Shown here: piece by piece, positions 38,049 to 46,971 of the stretch | How positions within the stretch are numbered: the stretch's first letter is position 1 | How the letters are laid out: every line of letters begins with the position of its first letter | Source of the DNA: an uncultured Chloroflexia bacterium | GTDB lineage: Bacteria > Chloroflexota > Limnocylindria > Limnocylindrales > CSP1-4 | Reading direction: 5' to 3' | Length of the DNA: 64,000 bases | Assembly (NCBI GenBank): GCA_963711405.1 | Contig: CAVQDZ010000001.1 | Location: 891,865-955,864 of the forward strand | Program-made: the position numbers and the translations under genes | The notes under the pieces: generated by a model | What the model was told of the DNA's origin: nothing | Database searches by the model: none | Seen by the model: the letters and a program-made list of their open reading frames with translations, nothing else

Positions 38049-38708
38049 ATGAATTGGCGTAAGCCGCTGGTCGGCCCTTTCAGCGCGCTCCAACTGGTTA
38101 GCGTCCTGGCCGCGGTCGTGCTGACGGCCGGCATCCTGGCCGTGCTCAACCAACCCATCGCGAGCACGGCCGCGCCGTCGTTGCCGGCGCCCGGCGCGAG
38201 CTTCGTGGCGGTCGGCGATGCGGTCGAAGGGCTGCGCGTGGGCGATCTCGCGCCCGAGTTCACGGGAACAGCCAACGGCGAGGAAGTCCAGCTGACGGAC
38301 CTCGACGGCAATCCGATCCGTCTTGCCGACCTGCGCGGGCGGCCCGTATGGATCAACTTCTGGGCGTCGTGGTGTCCGCCATGCCAGGCGGAGACACCGA
38401 TCCTGCGCGACGTCTACAACGCGCACGCATCCGACGGGCTCGCGCTGGTGGCGATCAGCGTCCAGGAAACAACGCCCGACGACGTGCGCGCCTACGTCCA
38501 GCGCTATGCATTGCCCTACACGGTGGGCTTCGACGCAACTTCCGCGATCTTCCACACCTACCACGCGTACGGCCTGCCGACGCAGCTGTTCCTCGATAGA
38601 GACGGCGTGATCCGCAACGTGGTTCTAGGTCCGATCACGCGCCAGCAAGCCGAGGCCTACCTGGCGCCGCTTCTGGCCGAGCCGGCCGGCAGCGCCAACC
38701 CGAGGTAG
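38049..38708 (+). CDS. TlpA/ResA-family thiol:disulfide oxidoreductase
   Basis: 219 aa with an N-terminal TM anchor. WINFWASWCPPCQAETP is the thioredoxin CxxC motif. Confidence 0.9.
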   Translation: MNWRKPLVGPFSALQLVSVLAAVVLTAGILAVLNQPIASTAAPSLPAPGASFVAVGDAVEGLRVGDLAPEFTGTANGEEVQLTDLDGNPIRLADLRGRPVWINFWASWCPPCQAETPILRDVYNAHASDGLALVAISVQETTPDDVRAYVQRYALPYTVGFDATSAIFHTYHAYGLPTQLFLDRDGVIRNVVLGPITRQQAEAYLAPLLAEPAGSANPR

Positions 38709-39060
38709 CAGGTCTTACTCTCGCTCCTGACTTGCATCAAACGCACGACCCGTCCGGCACGAGCGCGAAACTCATGCGCAGGACCAGGGCCAACCGACGT
38801 TCCATGCGCCCGACGCGTACATACGGAGCTCGAGTGCCCTCGTCGACCCGTTTTCATGCGCCGGACGCACGCAATGACGATTAGGAGCTGTGCCACGCCG
38901 GAGCATCGTCGTGGACGCCGGCGGACGCAATCGCCGTGCGTCTCGCGCAAGTTCGGTGGGGCGGTTCGTGACTTAGGGCACTTGTAGGCGCCGAGCCGAC
39001 GCATCGAGCATGGAACTGTGCCGTCCGTAGCGGGACGGAGAACAGGAGGCTCCTTCATGG

Positions 39061-40215
39061 ATGCCGATTTCGATCGCGCGGCGACCTCGTGCGCGAGGTT
39101 TGGCCGCGGTACTAATCGCCCTTGCGGCGCTGGCGGTCGCGGCAGTTCCGGTCACGGCGGCAGGTTGGTCGACGCCGCAGAAGGTGGCCGGGCCGGGCAC
39201 GTTCTGGATGACCGGCATCTCGAGCGAAGGCAAGAACATCGTTGTCGGCTGGCTCGAGAACGGTTCCAATCTGGTCTACCGGGTCAGCACCAATCGGGGC
39301 TTTACCTTCGCGCCACCGGTGAGCCTTGGCGCGGCCAATCCGGCCGCCGTTACGTTGTGCGGTGGTTTCGTGGCCGCGGTTCGCGTCAACACGGGCGCCG
39401 GCACGGTCGTGCTCGACCTGCGCACGCTCGATGGTGCGACCTCGACCACGCGCACGATCGCGTCGGGCCGGTACCCGAGCCTGGGCGGCATCGGGGCCGC
39501 CTGCGTTGGAGGGCACCAAATTGCCACGGTGTGGGACGAGTACGTGGGCGGCAAACTGCATCTGAAGGTGGCCGTAGTGCCGCTTACTGAGTCATTGCCG
39601 CCGTACGAGGTCGACCTGGGCACCGCCCACCTGTACCGGGCGCGCCAGATCGTCGCCAACGAAGGTGCCATCTGGGTTGCCTGGTGCAAGCAGCACACGA
39701 TCCAGGTTCAGAAGCTGAACGTAGCCGACGACGCGACCAAGACGGTGACGCTCGGACGGCGCACACAGGTCGCCCGCTTCACAGATGCGCCGGGCGCCCT
39801 CGTGGCCGTTTCCGGGAATCGTCTCTACGTCGCGTACGCTCATCACGAGGATGCGGTCTACAAGATCAGCAACGACGGCGGGCAGACCTTTGGCCGCGCC
39901 AAGATGCTGTTCGACTCGACGCCAGACCAACCGGTCGACTTGGTCGGTGGCATCGCGGCCGCCGAGAACGTGTTCGTGGCGAGCGTCCATCTTGGGCCGT
40001 GGTGCGTCGGATGCGTGGGCACAAACATGGCCGTCTACAGCACGAATTGGGGCCACTCCTGGACGAGCGGTCCTCAGAACGTGGGCGGCTACATGGGCGT
40101 GGCAGTCTTTGGGTCCGGCTCCGCCGTGCGCATCGCCCAGGAGTGGGACAACCGGACGAGCCATGAAACCTATGGCGATCCGGGTTACGTGAAGTTCAGC
40201 ACCGGCACGCCCTGA
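39061..40215 (+). CDS. Secreted BNR/sialidase-like repeat protein
   Basis: Signal peptide RGLAAVLIALAALAVAAVPVTAA. BNR (Asp-box) motifs STNRGFTF, SNDGGQTF and STNWGHSW. Confidence 0.7.
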   Translation: MPISIARRPRARGLAAVLIALAALAVAAVPVTAAGWSTPQKVAGPGTFWMTGISSEGKNIVVGWLENGSNLVYRVSTNRGFTFAPPVSLGAANPAAVTLCGGFVAAVRVNTGAGTVVLDLRTLDGATSTTRTIASGRYPSLGGIGAACVGGHQIATVWDEYVGGKLHLKVAVVPLTESLPPYEVDLGTAHLYRARQIVANEGAIWVAWCKQHTIQVQKLNVADDATKTVTLGRRTQVARFTDAPGALVAVSGNRLYVAYAHHEDAVYKISNDGGQTFGRAKMLFDSTPDQPVDLVGGIAAAENVFVASVHLGPWCVGCVGTNMAVYSTNWGHSWTSGPQNVGGYMGVAVFGSGSAVRIAQEWDNRTSHETYGDPGYVKFSTGTP

Positions 40216-40229
40216 TCGCGTGGTGCGTG

Positions 40230-41056
40230 CTAGATCGTCGGCTCGAACCTGAAACGGTCGCGGTCGGCGATGAAACGGCCGACGGGCTGGCGCGGCTCGT
40301 GTGACAGCACGACCGTCCAGCCCTCGTCGGCTGCCTGGCGAAAGAGCGAGGCCTTGACCTCGACGCTGGTCAGTGGAAAGTCGTCGAACGCGGGCACCCA
40401 GCGCGGATGGGCGCTCCACGGCCGCATGCACAGGTCACCGAAGAAGCCGACCGTCTCGTTTTGGCCACGGACGACGACCGCCTGGTGGCCGCCCGAGTGG
40501 CCGCCGGTCCGGACGACCGACACACCCGGCAACACTTCCTCATCACCATTCGCCGCCTGCGCCGCTGCCCACGGCTCGACCAGGCGCAGGTCGTCCTGCT
40601 CGTAGCTCGCCTGGAGTCGGGGGTTGCCGTCGAGCGCGAAGCGCCACTCGTCCTGCCTGCGCCACTACGCGAGCACGGGGAAAGGCCTTGTTGCGCGTCT
40701 GACGTCAGAAGGCCGCCCGCATGGTCGAAGTGGAGATGGCTGACGGCGACGATATCGATCGAATCGGGGTCGAAGCCCGCATCACGGAGGCTCGGCAGTA
40801 TTGGTTTGCCGGTCACTCCCCGTTGAGCGCGGTGATGCTCGTCCATCCGCTCGCCGATCCCGGTTTCGATCAGCACGCGCCCGGCGGGTGTCTCGACAAG
40901 CAGGCAATTCAAGGCCTGGTTGAGCATGTTCGTTGGGCTCAGCTCCGCCTCGACGAGCTTCTGCCACATGATCCGCGGCACGGGGCCGAACGCGGCCCCC
41001 GCGTCAGTCGTGAACCAGCCGGCCTGGATCAGCCCGATGCGCGTCCCACCGCCCAA
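40230..41056 (-). pseudogene. MBL-fold metallo-hydrolase with 2 apparent +1 frame breaks (about 40690 and 40660)
   Basis: Track ORF 40370..41056 carries VAVSHLHFDHAGG. A short middle frame reads NKAFPRARVVAQ. Track ORF 40230..40535 and its upstream extension read RQDEWRFALDGNPRLQASYEQDDL...VVRTGGHSGGHQAVVV...VLSHEP. Confidence 0.75.
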
Positions 41057-41082
41057 CTCACGGCTCCAGTCGACGGTCTCGT

Positions 41083-41688
41083 TCAGCGTTTGGGTCCGCC
41101 CTTGGCAACCGGCCGACCCTTCGAGTCGAAGTCGCGGTAGAACATCGACTCGGTCGGCGTTGATTGGCCCTGGTACTTGGACCCGAGCTCACGCGAGCCG
41201 TAGGGCCGCTCGACGGCGCTGCTCATGCGGTAGAACGAGATCTGGCCGATCTTCATGCCGCGGTACAGCGCGATCGGCAGGTTGGCGACATTCGACAGCT
41301 CCAGCGTGAGGTTGCCCTTCCAGCCCGGATCGACGTAGCCCGCAGTCGAGTGGATGAGCAGCCCCAGCCGACCAAGCGAGCTCTTGCCCTCGATCCGCCC
41401 GACCAGATCGTCGGGCAGCTCCACCCACTCGAGGGTCTGGCCCAGGACGAACTCTGTGGGATGGAGGATGAAGGGCTCGTCCTCCTTGACCGTGACGAGC
41501 TCGGTCAGGTCCGGTTGCGGCGCGCGCACGTCGATGTATGCGTAGCGGTTGTTGCGGAAGACGCGGAAGTCGGCGTCCAGATGGAGGTCCACCGACGACG
41601 GCTGAAGGCAGCTCGCGTCGTACGGATCGATGCGCACGCGGCCAGCCTGCATAGCGGCACGGATGTCGCGGTCAGACAGGACAGCCAT
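41083..41688 (-). CDS. dcd: dCTP deaminase
   Basis: 201 aa. [13 protein letters not shown]...IDPYD...QPSSVDLHL...[17 protein letters not shown] matches the Dcd family. Confidence 0.92.
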   Translation of the reverse strand: MAVLSDRDIRAAMQAGRVRIDPYDASCLQPSSVDLHLDADFRVFRNNRYAYIDVRAPQPDLTELVTVKEDEPFILHPTEFVLGQTLEWVELPDDLVGRIEGKSSLGRLGLLIHSTAGYVDPGWKGNLTLELSNVANLPIALYRGMKIGQISFYRMSSAVERPYGSRELGSKYQGQSTPTESMFYRDFDSKGRPVAKGGPKR

Positions 41689-41963
41689 CGCGGCAGATTG
41701 TCGCAGGAGCGTCCGCCATTGAGGAAGTGATCGGTGACGCCGATCAACCGCCCGCCGACCGCCCAGCCAAGGCCCTACACCCCGCTCAAGCAGGGTCGCC
41801 GTGCCGCGCGACGAACTGAATTGGCATCGTTGGCGGAAGAATCATTGGCCCGACCGATCAGAAGTCGGTCGGAAGCCTCAGGCGACAGACCTGACGGTGG
41901 AGTGGTTGTGGCCCGCCGGACGGTTGATCGGTCTGACCGATCGTGGCGGAGGGGTTGGCCGGA

Positions 41964-42488
41964 TCAGCGCTTGGGGTAGCGCTTGCCTCCGGCGCTGCCG
42001 CCCGGCGTGCGGGTCTGGTCGTCCTGGTCGATCTGCTCGCGCTCGGCGAGGAGCGTGTTGACCTCGCGCTGGAGCTGCTCGATGTCCTCGAAGCTCTGGT
42101 ACACGCTGGCGAATCGGATGTACGCGATGTGGTCGAGCTGGCGGAGCTTGTCCATGGCCATCTCGCCGATCGCTCGCGACGGAACTTCAGATTGCCCACG
42201 GGCGCGAAGAGCGGCCTCGATCTCCTCGGCGGCTTTCTCCGCAGCGTCCGCAGGGACCGGCCGGCGGGTCAGTGCGCGGGAAAGGCCCGTGGCGAGCTTC
42301 TCGCGGTCGAACTCCTCGCGCCGACCGTCGCTCTTCATGACCGTGAGGCGCGCCGACTCGATCCGTTCGTAGGTCGTGAAGCGCGTGGCGCACAGGTTGC
42401 ACTCGCGTCGGCGGCGGATCGCAGCATCGTCGATATCGCGCGAGTCGACGACGCGTGTGTCACGTTCCCCGCAGTTAGGGCAGCGCAC
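41964..42488 (-). CDS. nrdR: Transcriptional repressor NrdR
   Basis: MRCPNCGERDTRVVDSRDIDDAAIRRRRECNLCATRFTTYERIE is the zinc ribbon, followed by an ATP-cone. GTG start with AGGAGGGA upstream. Confidence 0.95.
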   Translation of the reverse strand: MRCPNCGERDTRVVDSRDIDDAAIRRRRECNLCATRFTTYERIESARLTVMKSDGRREEFDREKLATGLSRALTRRPVPADAAEKAAEEIEAALRARGQSEVPSRAIGEMAMDKLRQLDHIAYIRFASVYQSFEDIEQLQREVNTLLAEREQIDQDDQTRTPGGSAGGKRYPKR

Positions 42489-42507
42489 CTACGGCATCCC
42501 TCCTGGT

Positions 42508-42554
42508 ACCACTAGCGCTAGTGGTCTTGGCCAAGCGTACCACTAGATAGCGCA
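42508..42554. promoter_or_regulatory. Two candidate NrdR boxes upstream of nrdR
   Basis: A perfect 18-bp palindrome ACCACTAGCGCTAGTGGT lies at 42508-42525. A half-conserved second site ACCACTAGATAGCGCA lies at 42539-42554. The starts are 31 bp apart. The arms CAC-T-A / T-A-GTG match the published NrdR-box arms. Confidence 0.5.
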
Positions 42555-42560
42555 CCAAAG

Positions 42561-42983
42561 GTGCGTTTGTGGCACCTTGGTGCGGTGAGCTTCGTCGTCA
42601 TCGCCGGTATTGTCGGAGGGCTGCTGCTCATCTGGGCGGCACTCGTGGCGCTCTTCTGGCTGCTAAAGCCAAAGGATCTGGCGGCTCGCGAGCTCGTCCG
42701 CATCGTCCCCGACCTGCTGCGGCTCTTGAAGGCAATCATTACGGATCGTTCCGCCCCATTGGACGTGCGCATTGCGTTGATCGGACTCGCGGCCTGGATC
42801 ATCAGCCCGATCGACCTCATCCCAGAATTCATTCCCGTCATCGGACCGCTTGACGACGTGGTGGTGGCCATCGTCGCCCTCCGATACACCCGCAGGCGGA
42901 TGGGTCTCGCCGCGCTGCGGAGCCGATGGGTGGGCACGGCTGATGGCTTCGAAATCGTCGCACGCGTTATCGGCCGAGAATGA
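42561..42983 (+). CDS. DUF1232 (YkvA-like) membrane protein
   Basis: 140 aa. WIISPIDLIPEFIPVIGPLDDVVVAIVALRY is the DUF1232 signature. Confidence 0.8.
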   Translation: MRLWHLGAVSFVVIAGIVGGLLLIWAALVALFWLLKPKDLAARELVRIVPDLLRLLKAIITDRSAPLDVRIALIGLAAWIISPIDLIPEFIPVIGPLDDVVVAIVALRYTRRRMGLAALRSRWVGTADGFEIVARVIGRE

Positions 42984-43775
42984 CGGCGATGGCCATCGAT
43001 CCGCCCGTCGTCGCACTCATTCTCATCATTGCGACCGTGCTCCTGTGGGCCGCGGCGATCATCCTGGGCCGCGTCGATGGTCGCGTCACGGCGCGTGGCT
43101 TGCGCAACGGCGCCCTGATCGCCACTGCCCTGTTCGCGATCACTGCCGTCATCGTCGCGCTCGTGTTCAACGGCCGGGCCGTGTTCCTGGTCACGCTCGA
43201 TCTGGCCGGCGCGATCGAGCTTGGGCTGCTCGTCGGCCTCGTCGTCGGCCTGGGCTACCTGTGGCTGGGCAGCGTGCTCATCGCGATCGGGCTGATCTTC
43301 AAGTCGAAGCCGCAGTGGACGACACTCGGTGCGTGGGCGGCCGTGCCCGTCGTCGTGATGGCCGCGGGCTTCGGCTACGCCTCGTACAAATCGGTCACGT
43401 CAGAAGGCGCCGCGGCATCGAGCGCCAACGGCTCAATGCATCTGAACCTGTGCCGGCGCAGGCCGCATCAGCGCGGACGGTGCCGCCACGTGCGCCACGG
43501 ATGCCACTGGCACGGCCACGATCGTGACCGGAACGGCGGCCGATCCGCACATCATCACGACCGACGGACGACTCACCAGCGCCCAGATAACGATCAGTCC
43601 CGATGCGCCTCAGGGTGAGCTGACTCTGTCGATCGCGGGGATCGACACCACGGATCCAGCCGCGGCGACCGCCGCCGGCTCAGGTCCTGGCTGCCGGGCA
43701 GATGCAGCTCAGCGCGCCGCCGTGGACTGGAACCATCAGCTGGTCGTGCAACCGGTAGCTGTCGGATCGGCCTAG
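42980..43775 (+). pseudogene. Membrane protein with C-terminal Ig-like extracellular segment, 1 apparent +1 frame break (about 43440)
   Basis: Track ORF 42980..43618 has 5-6 TM segments up to ...SSANGSMHLN. The next frame reads TCAGAGRISADGAATCATDATGTATIVTGTAADPHIITTDGRLTSAQITISPDAPQGELTLSIAG... (track 43524..43775). Confidence 0.5.
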
Positions 43776-44068
43776 GCGGCGAGCCTAGGTTTGAGCGCGT
43801 CGAGCTTGGCTCGCGCGGCGTCCTTGTCCTTGAACCACAGCGCGTTGATCTCTGTATAGGGCGCCCAGTCGGCGGGCAGCTCGTCTTCAACCTTGATCGC
43901 CTCGACCGAGCATTCCGGCTCGCACGCACCACAGTCGATGCATTCGTTGGGGTCGACGAACAGCATCCGATCGACGCCTTCCTCGTAGTGGATGCAGTCG
44001 ACCGGACAGACCGCCACGCACGACAGCTCCATGACGTCGACGCACGGCTCGGCAATTACGTAAGTCAC
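43772..44068 (-). CDS. Ferredoxin (4Fe-4S/3Fe-4S, FdxA-like)
   Basis: 98 aa. MTYVIAEPCVDVMELSCVAVCPVDCIH...CIDCGACEPECSVEAI is the 7Fe-ferredoxin cysteine pattern. Confidence 0.9.
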   Translation of the reverse strand: MTYVIAEPCVDVMELSCVAVCPVDCIHYEEGVDRMLFVDPNECIDCGACEPECSVEAIKVEDELPADWAPYTEINALWFKDKDAARAKLDALKPRLAA

Positions 44069-44168
44069 TTGAGCGGCCCCTCCTTAATGAGCGAGTTAGT
44101 GGAACGATCTTTCGCTCCACCCCTCGCGCTCGCTAGGGCCATGCGGACCTGTTTGAGGCGTTCCCTCG

Positions 44169-45150
44169 TCAGCCCGATTGACGTGCGCGGATCGCCTCCG
44201 TCAGCCGTGGCACGATCTCGAACAGGTCGCCCACCACCATCAGGTCCGCGAACTCGGCGATCGGCGCGTCCGGGTCGCGGTTGATGGCCACGATCGTGCC
44301 CGCCGTCTGGACACCGACCTTGTGCTGGATCGCGCCGCTGATGCCGCACGCGACGTACAGCGCCGGCTTGACGATCTTGCCCGTCTGACCGATCTGCTGG
44401 CCATAGCCGATCCATCCCGCATCGACCACTGCCCTGGTGGCACCGACTGCACCGCCCAGCGCCTGCGCGAGCTCCTCGATCATGCGGAAGCCTTCCGGGC
44501 TGCCGACGCCGCGCCCGCCACCGACGATGATCCGAGCCTCCTCGATGGGCGCGGCGGCTCCGGCCTCACTGATCGAGTCGACCACCGTGACCTTGGGCAG
44601 ATCGCTGACGCCGTCCACGGACACCGTCTGCACGTCGCCCGGCGTCGCCGCGGGCTCTGCCGTAACGCTCGCGGCACGGACGACGACGATGCCGCGCGTG
44701 CCGTTGAACGTTGAATGAGTCACGAGCTTGCCGCCGAACGTGCTCATCTCGACGCGCGGCGCGGATCCGTCCCAGTCGACGCCGGCGCCGTTGTACAGGA
44801 TGGGCAGGTCCGTCAGGCCCACGAGCATGCCCGCGACGTCCTTGCCGTCGTTCGATGCGCCAACGAGCAGGAAATCGGGCTTGTGTTGGGCGACCAGGGC
44901 GGCGACGCGCGGCGCGACCACGGCCGCGACGGGCCGATCGTTGAGCGCCTCGTCCGTGTCCGCGGCAATCACGACGGGCACGTACAGCGCGACATCACTG
45001 CCGGCGGTGCTCGCACCTTCACCGACGAGCACCGCGCCGCGCCGTGCCGCCGGATGCCTCGGCGAGCTTGCGCGCGAGCGTGGCGAGCTCCAGCGTCAGC
45101 TTGGTCGCCGCGCCGTCGACGAGCTCCCCGACGGCCCAGATGACGGCCAT
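44169..45150 (-). pseudogene. etfA: Electron transfer flavoprotein alpha subunit, 1 apparent +1 frame break (about 45040)
   Basis: ATG 45150 gives [37 protein letters not shown]. The next frame is track ORF 44169..45032, with ...[23 protein letters not shown] and [11 protein letters not shown]. Its start overlaps the etfB stop (TGATG). Confidence 0.88.
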
Positions 45151-45924
45151 CAGATGAGCCTCCGCGCCGCGAGGAAGTCGACGATCTGGGCCACCGCGAC
45201 ATCCGCGGACTCGCGCACGAACGTCGCTCCGGCGCGCTCTGGCGGCTTGCTCGCGTCGAGCGTCTTGGTCGTTGAGGCGCCGCTTCCCACCGACTCAGCG
45301 CTGACACCCGAGGTCGGCCAGGGTCCACGAGTCCACGGGCTTCTGGCGCGCCTGCATGATGCCGCGCAGGGACGGGTAGCGCGGCGCGCCCAGGAGCTGC
45401 GTGCCCATGACCACGGCCGGTGTCGGTGCCTCGAGCACGTCGTAGCCGGTGGTCGTGATGCGATGGATGCGCACGCCGGTGCTGGTCGGTTCGATCTCCT
45501 GCGCGTACGACAGATACGGCATTCCCAGGCGTACGGCGACCGCGGCGCCAACGACGCCACCTTGTCCGTCGGACGTATCGGCGCCAACGAAGGCAAGATC
45601 GAAGGAGATCTTGCGCAGGGCTGCCGCGAGAACCTCGACCGTTGCCCGCGTGTCGGAGCCTTTCAGGCCATCGTCAGCAACGTGAACCGCGCGTGCGGCG
45701 CCCATCGCCAGGGCCTTGCGCAGCGCCTCCGTCGCACCCGCCGGCCCGATCGTGAGAACGGTGACCTCGCCTCCGTGCGTCTCGGTCAGCTTGAGCGCCT
45801 TCTCGAGCAGGTACTCGTCGTTGCCGTTCGCCTCGAGCTGCACGGCACGGTCGGTCAGCAGGTCGCTGCCGAGTCTTTCCGTGCCGACGACGGGCACAGC
45901 CTTGAGCAGAACGACGATATTCAA
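45150..45924 (-). pseudogene. etfB: Electron transfer flavoprotein beta subunit, 1 apparent +1 frame break (about 45305)
   Basis: Track ORF 45295..45924 reads MNIVVLLKAVPV...DLAFVGADTSDGQGGVVGAAVAVRLGMPYLSY. The C-terminus ...VAQIVDFLAARRLI-stop is in the frame of track ORF 45150..45596. Confidence 0.88.
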
Positions 45925-45954
45925 ACAACGGCCTCCCTTGCTCGCCGAAGGTTA

Positions 45955-45996
45955 GCGAAACGCACAGAAACGGGGCCGGCACGAAGCCGGCCCCGT
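45955..45996 (-). terminator. Rho-independent terminator after the NlpC/P60 gene
   Basis: The minus strand reads CGGGGCCGGCT-TCGT-GCCGGCCCCG followed by TTTCTGTGCGTTT. Confidence 0.55.
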
Positions 45997-46017
45997 CGGA
46001 CGCCGATCGAGGGGTGG

Positions 46018-46524
46018 TCAGCGTCCGAAGTTGACGTGCAGATAAGCCTTGAGCGGCACGTTGATTCCAAACACCCGTGGCGGCTGACACCGAAGGATTG
46101 ACGAGCGCACTTATGGCCATCGGCTGGCCCCAACGGTTGTAGCCGTCGAAGATGCCGACGTGGCTACGACCTTGTGGCCGGATGCGCCCAGACAACCAGA
46201 TCACCCACTTGCGGGTCGTGCGTGACGTGGCCGTGACTCTTGAACCAGTGGTAGTAGCCGCGCGCACGATGGTCACCACCGATGAGGTCGCCAGGCCGGT
46301 CTCTTCAGGAACGTCCGAAAGACGAGCCCTGAACAGTCGAAACGGCGCATCCCGTCGGCACCCAGCTTGTACGGCTTGTCGAGCTGGTCCGTGGCGAAGT
46401 TGAGCACTGCACCGGCTTCTGTCGGCGTCGCAGCAGCCGCCGCTGGTGGTGCGGTATGGAGCTGAATTGCCGCCAGGAACATGAAGACGGCCGTGGCGAA
46501 GAGAAGCAGCCTGAGCTTGGACAT
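46018..46524 (-). pseudogene. NlpC/P60 (C40) cell-wall peptidase, 4 apparent +1 frame breaks within about 250 nt
   Basis: ATG 46524 gives MSKLRLLLFATAVFMFLAAIQLHTA (signal) ...YKLGADGMRRFDCSGLVFRTF (catalytic Cys motif). The protein then cycles through successive frames: DLIGGDHRARGYYHWFKSHGHVTHDPQVGDLVVW, then SHVGIFDGYNRWGQPMAISALVNPS, then GVSRH, then RVFGINVPLKAYLHVNFGR-stop (46018). Track ORF 45674..46540 is a composite artefact. Confidence 0.65.
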
Positions 46525-46971
46525 GCGTAGTCCCCTTCAAATTGCGGCTGGGGCCGCAAGTTGCCGCGTGGGCAAGGCGCAGCAGTGACGGTTTGGTCCG
46601 TGCCAGGCTGGGGCCTGGCGTGCCGGGCTGGGGCCCGGCGGAGGGATGTCTAGAGCGTGCGGGGCGGACTCGCCGAGTCGAGCGAGAAGGTCAGGTTTCC
46701 GCTCCATCTGAGCGCCCCGGGCTTGCGGGACGCGGCGACATATCGCCTCATCACACCCCTTTCGTGGCGTAGGCGGCGAGGGCGAAGAAGACGCAGACGA
46801 CCGGTGCGGGACAGCGCAATGCACGGCACGCTGTCGCGGCGGAGGCCCGTCAGTTCACGGCGTTCGAGCCTCCCGGCTGCCGGCTCCTCCTCCGGCAAGG
46901 ACTCGGCGAGCCTAGCCCTGGTGGTGCCCGCAGGCAACCACGACCATCGTCTGTTTCTAGTCGCGCAGCGA

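Noticed and set aside
37434-38564. 376-aa minus-strand ORF over ccdA/tlpA
   Set aside because: It is antisense to two genes with clear catalytic motifs. The translation is charged low-complexity sequence.
45674-46540. 288-aa minus-strand ORF spanning etfB upstream to NlpC/P60
   Set aside because: It is a composite wrong frame. Only short stretches (SHVGIFDGYNRWGQPMAISALVNPS) belong to the NlpC/P60 protein. It also runs through a terminator hairpin and the etfB start region.
46541-46971. Cyclic-di-AMP (ydaO) riboswitch call upstream of NlpC/P60
   Set aside because: Only fragmentary resemblance to the conserved cores. I cannot build the pseudo-symmetric fold by eye. It is kept as a hypothesis in the findings but not annotated as a feature.
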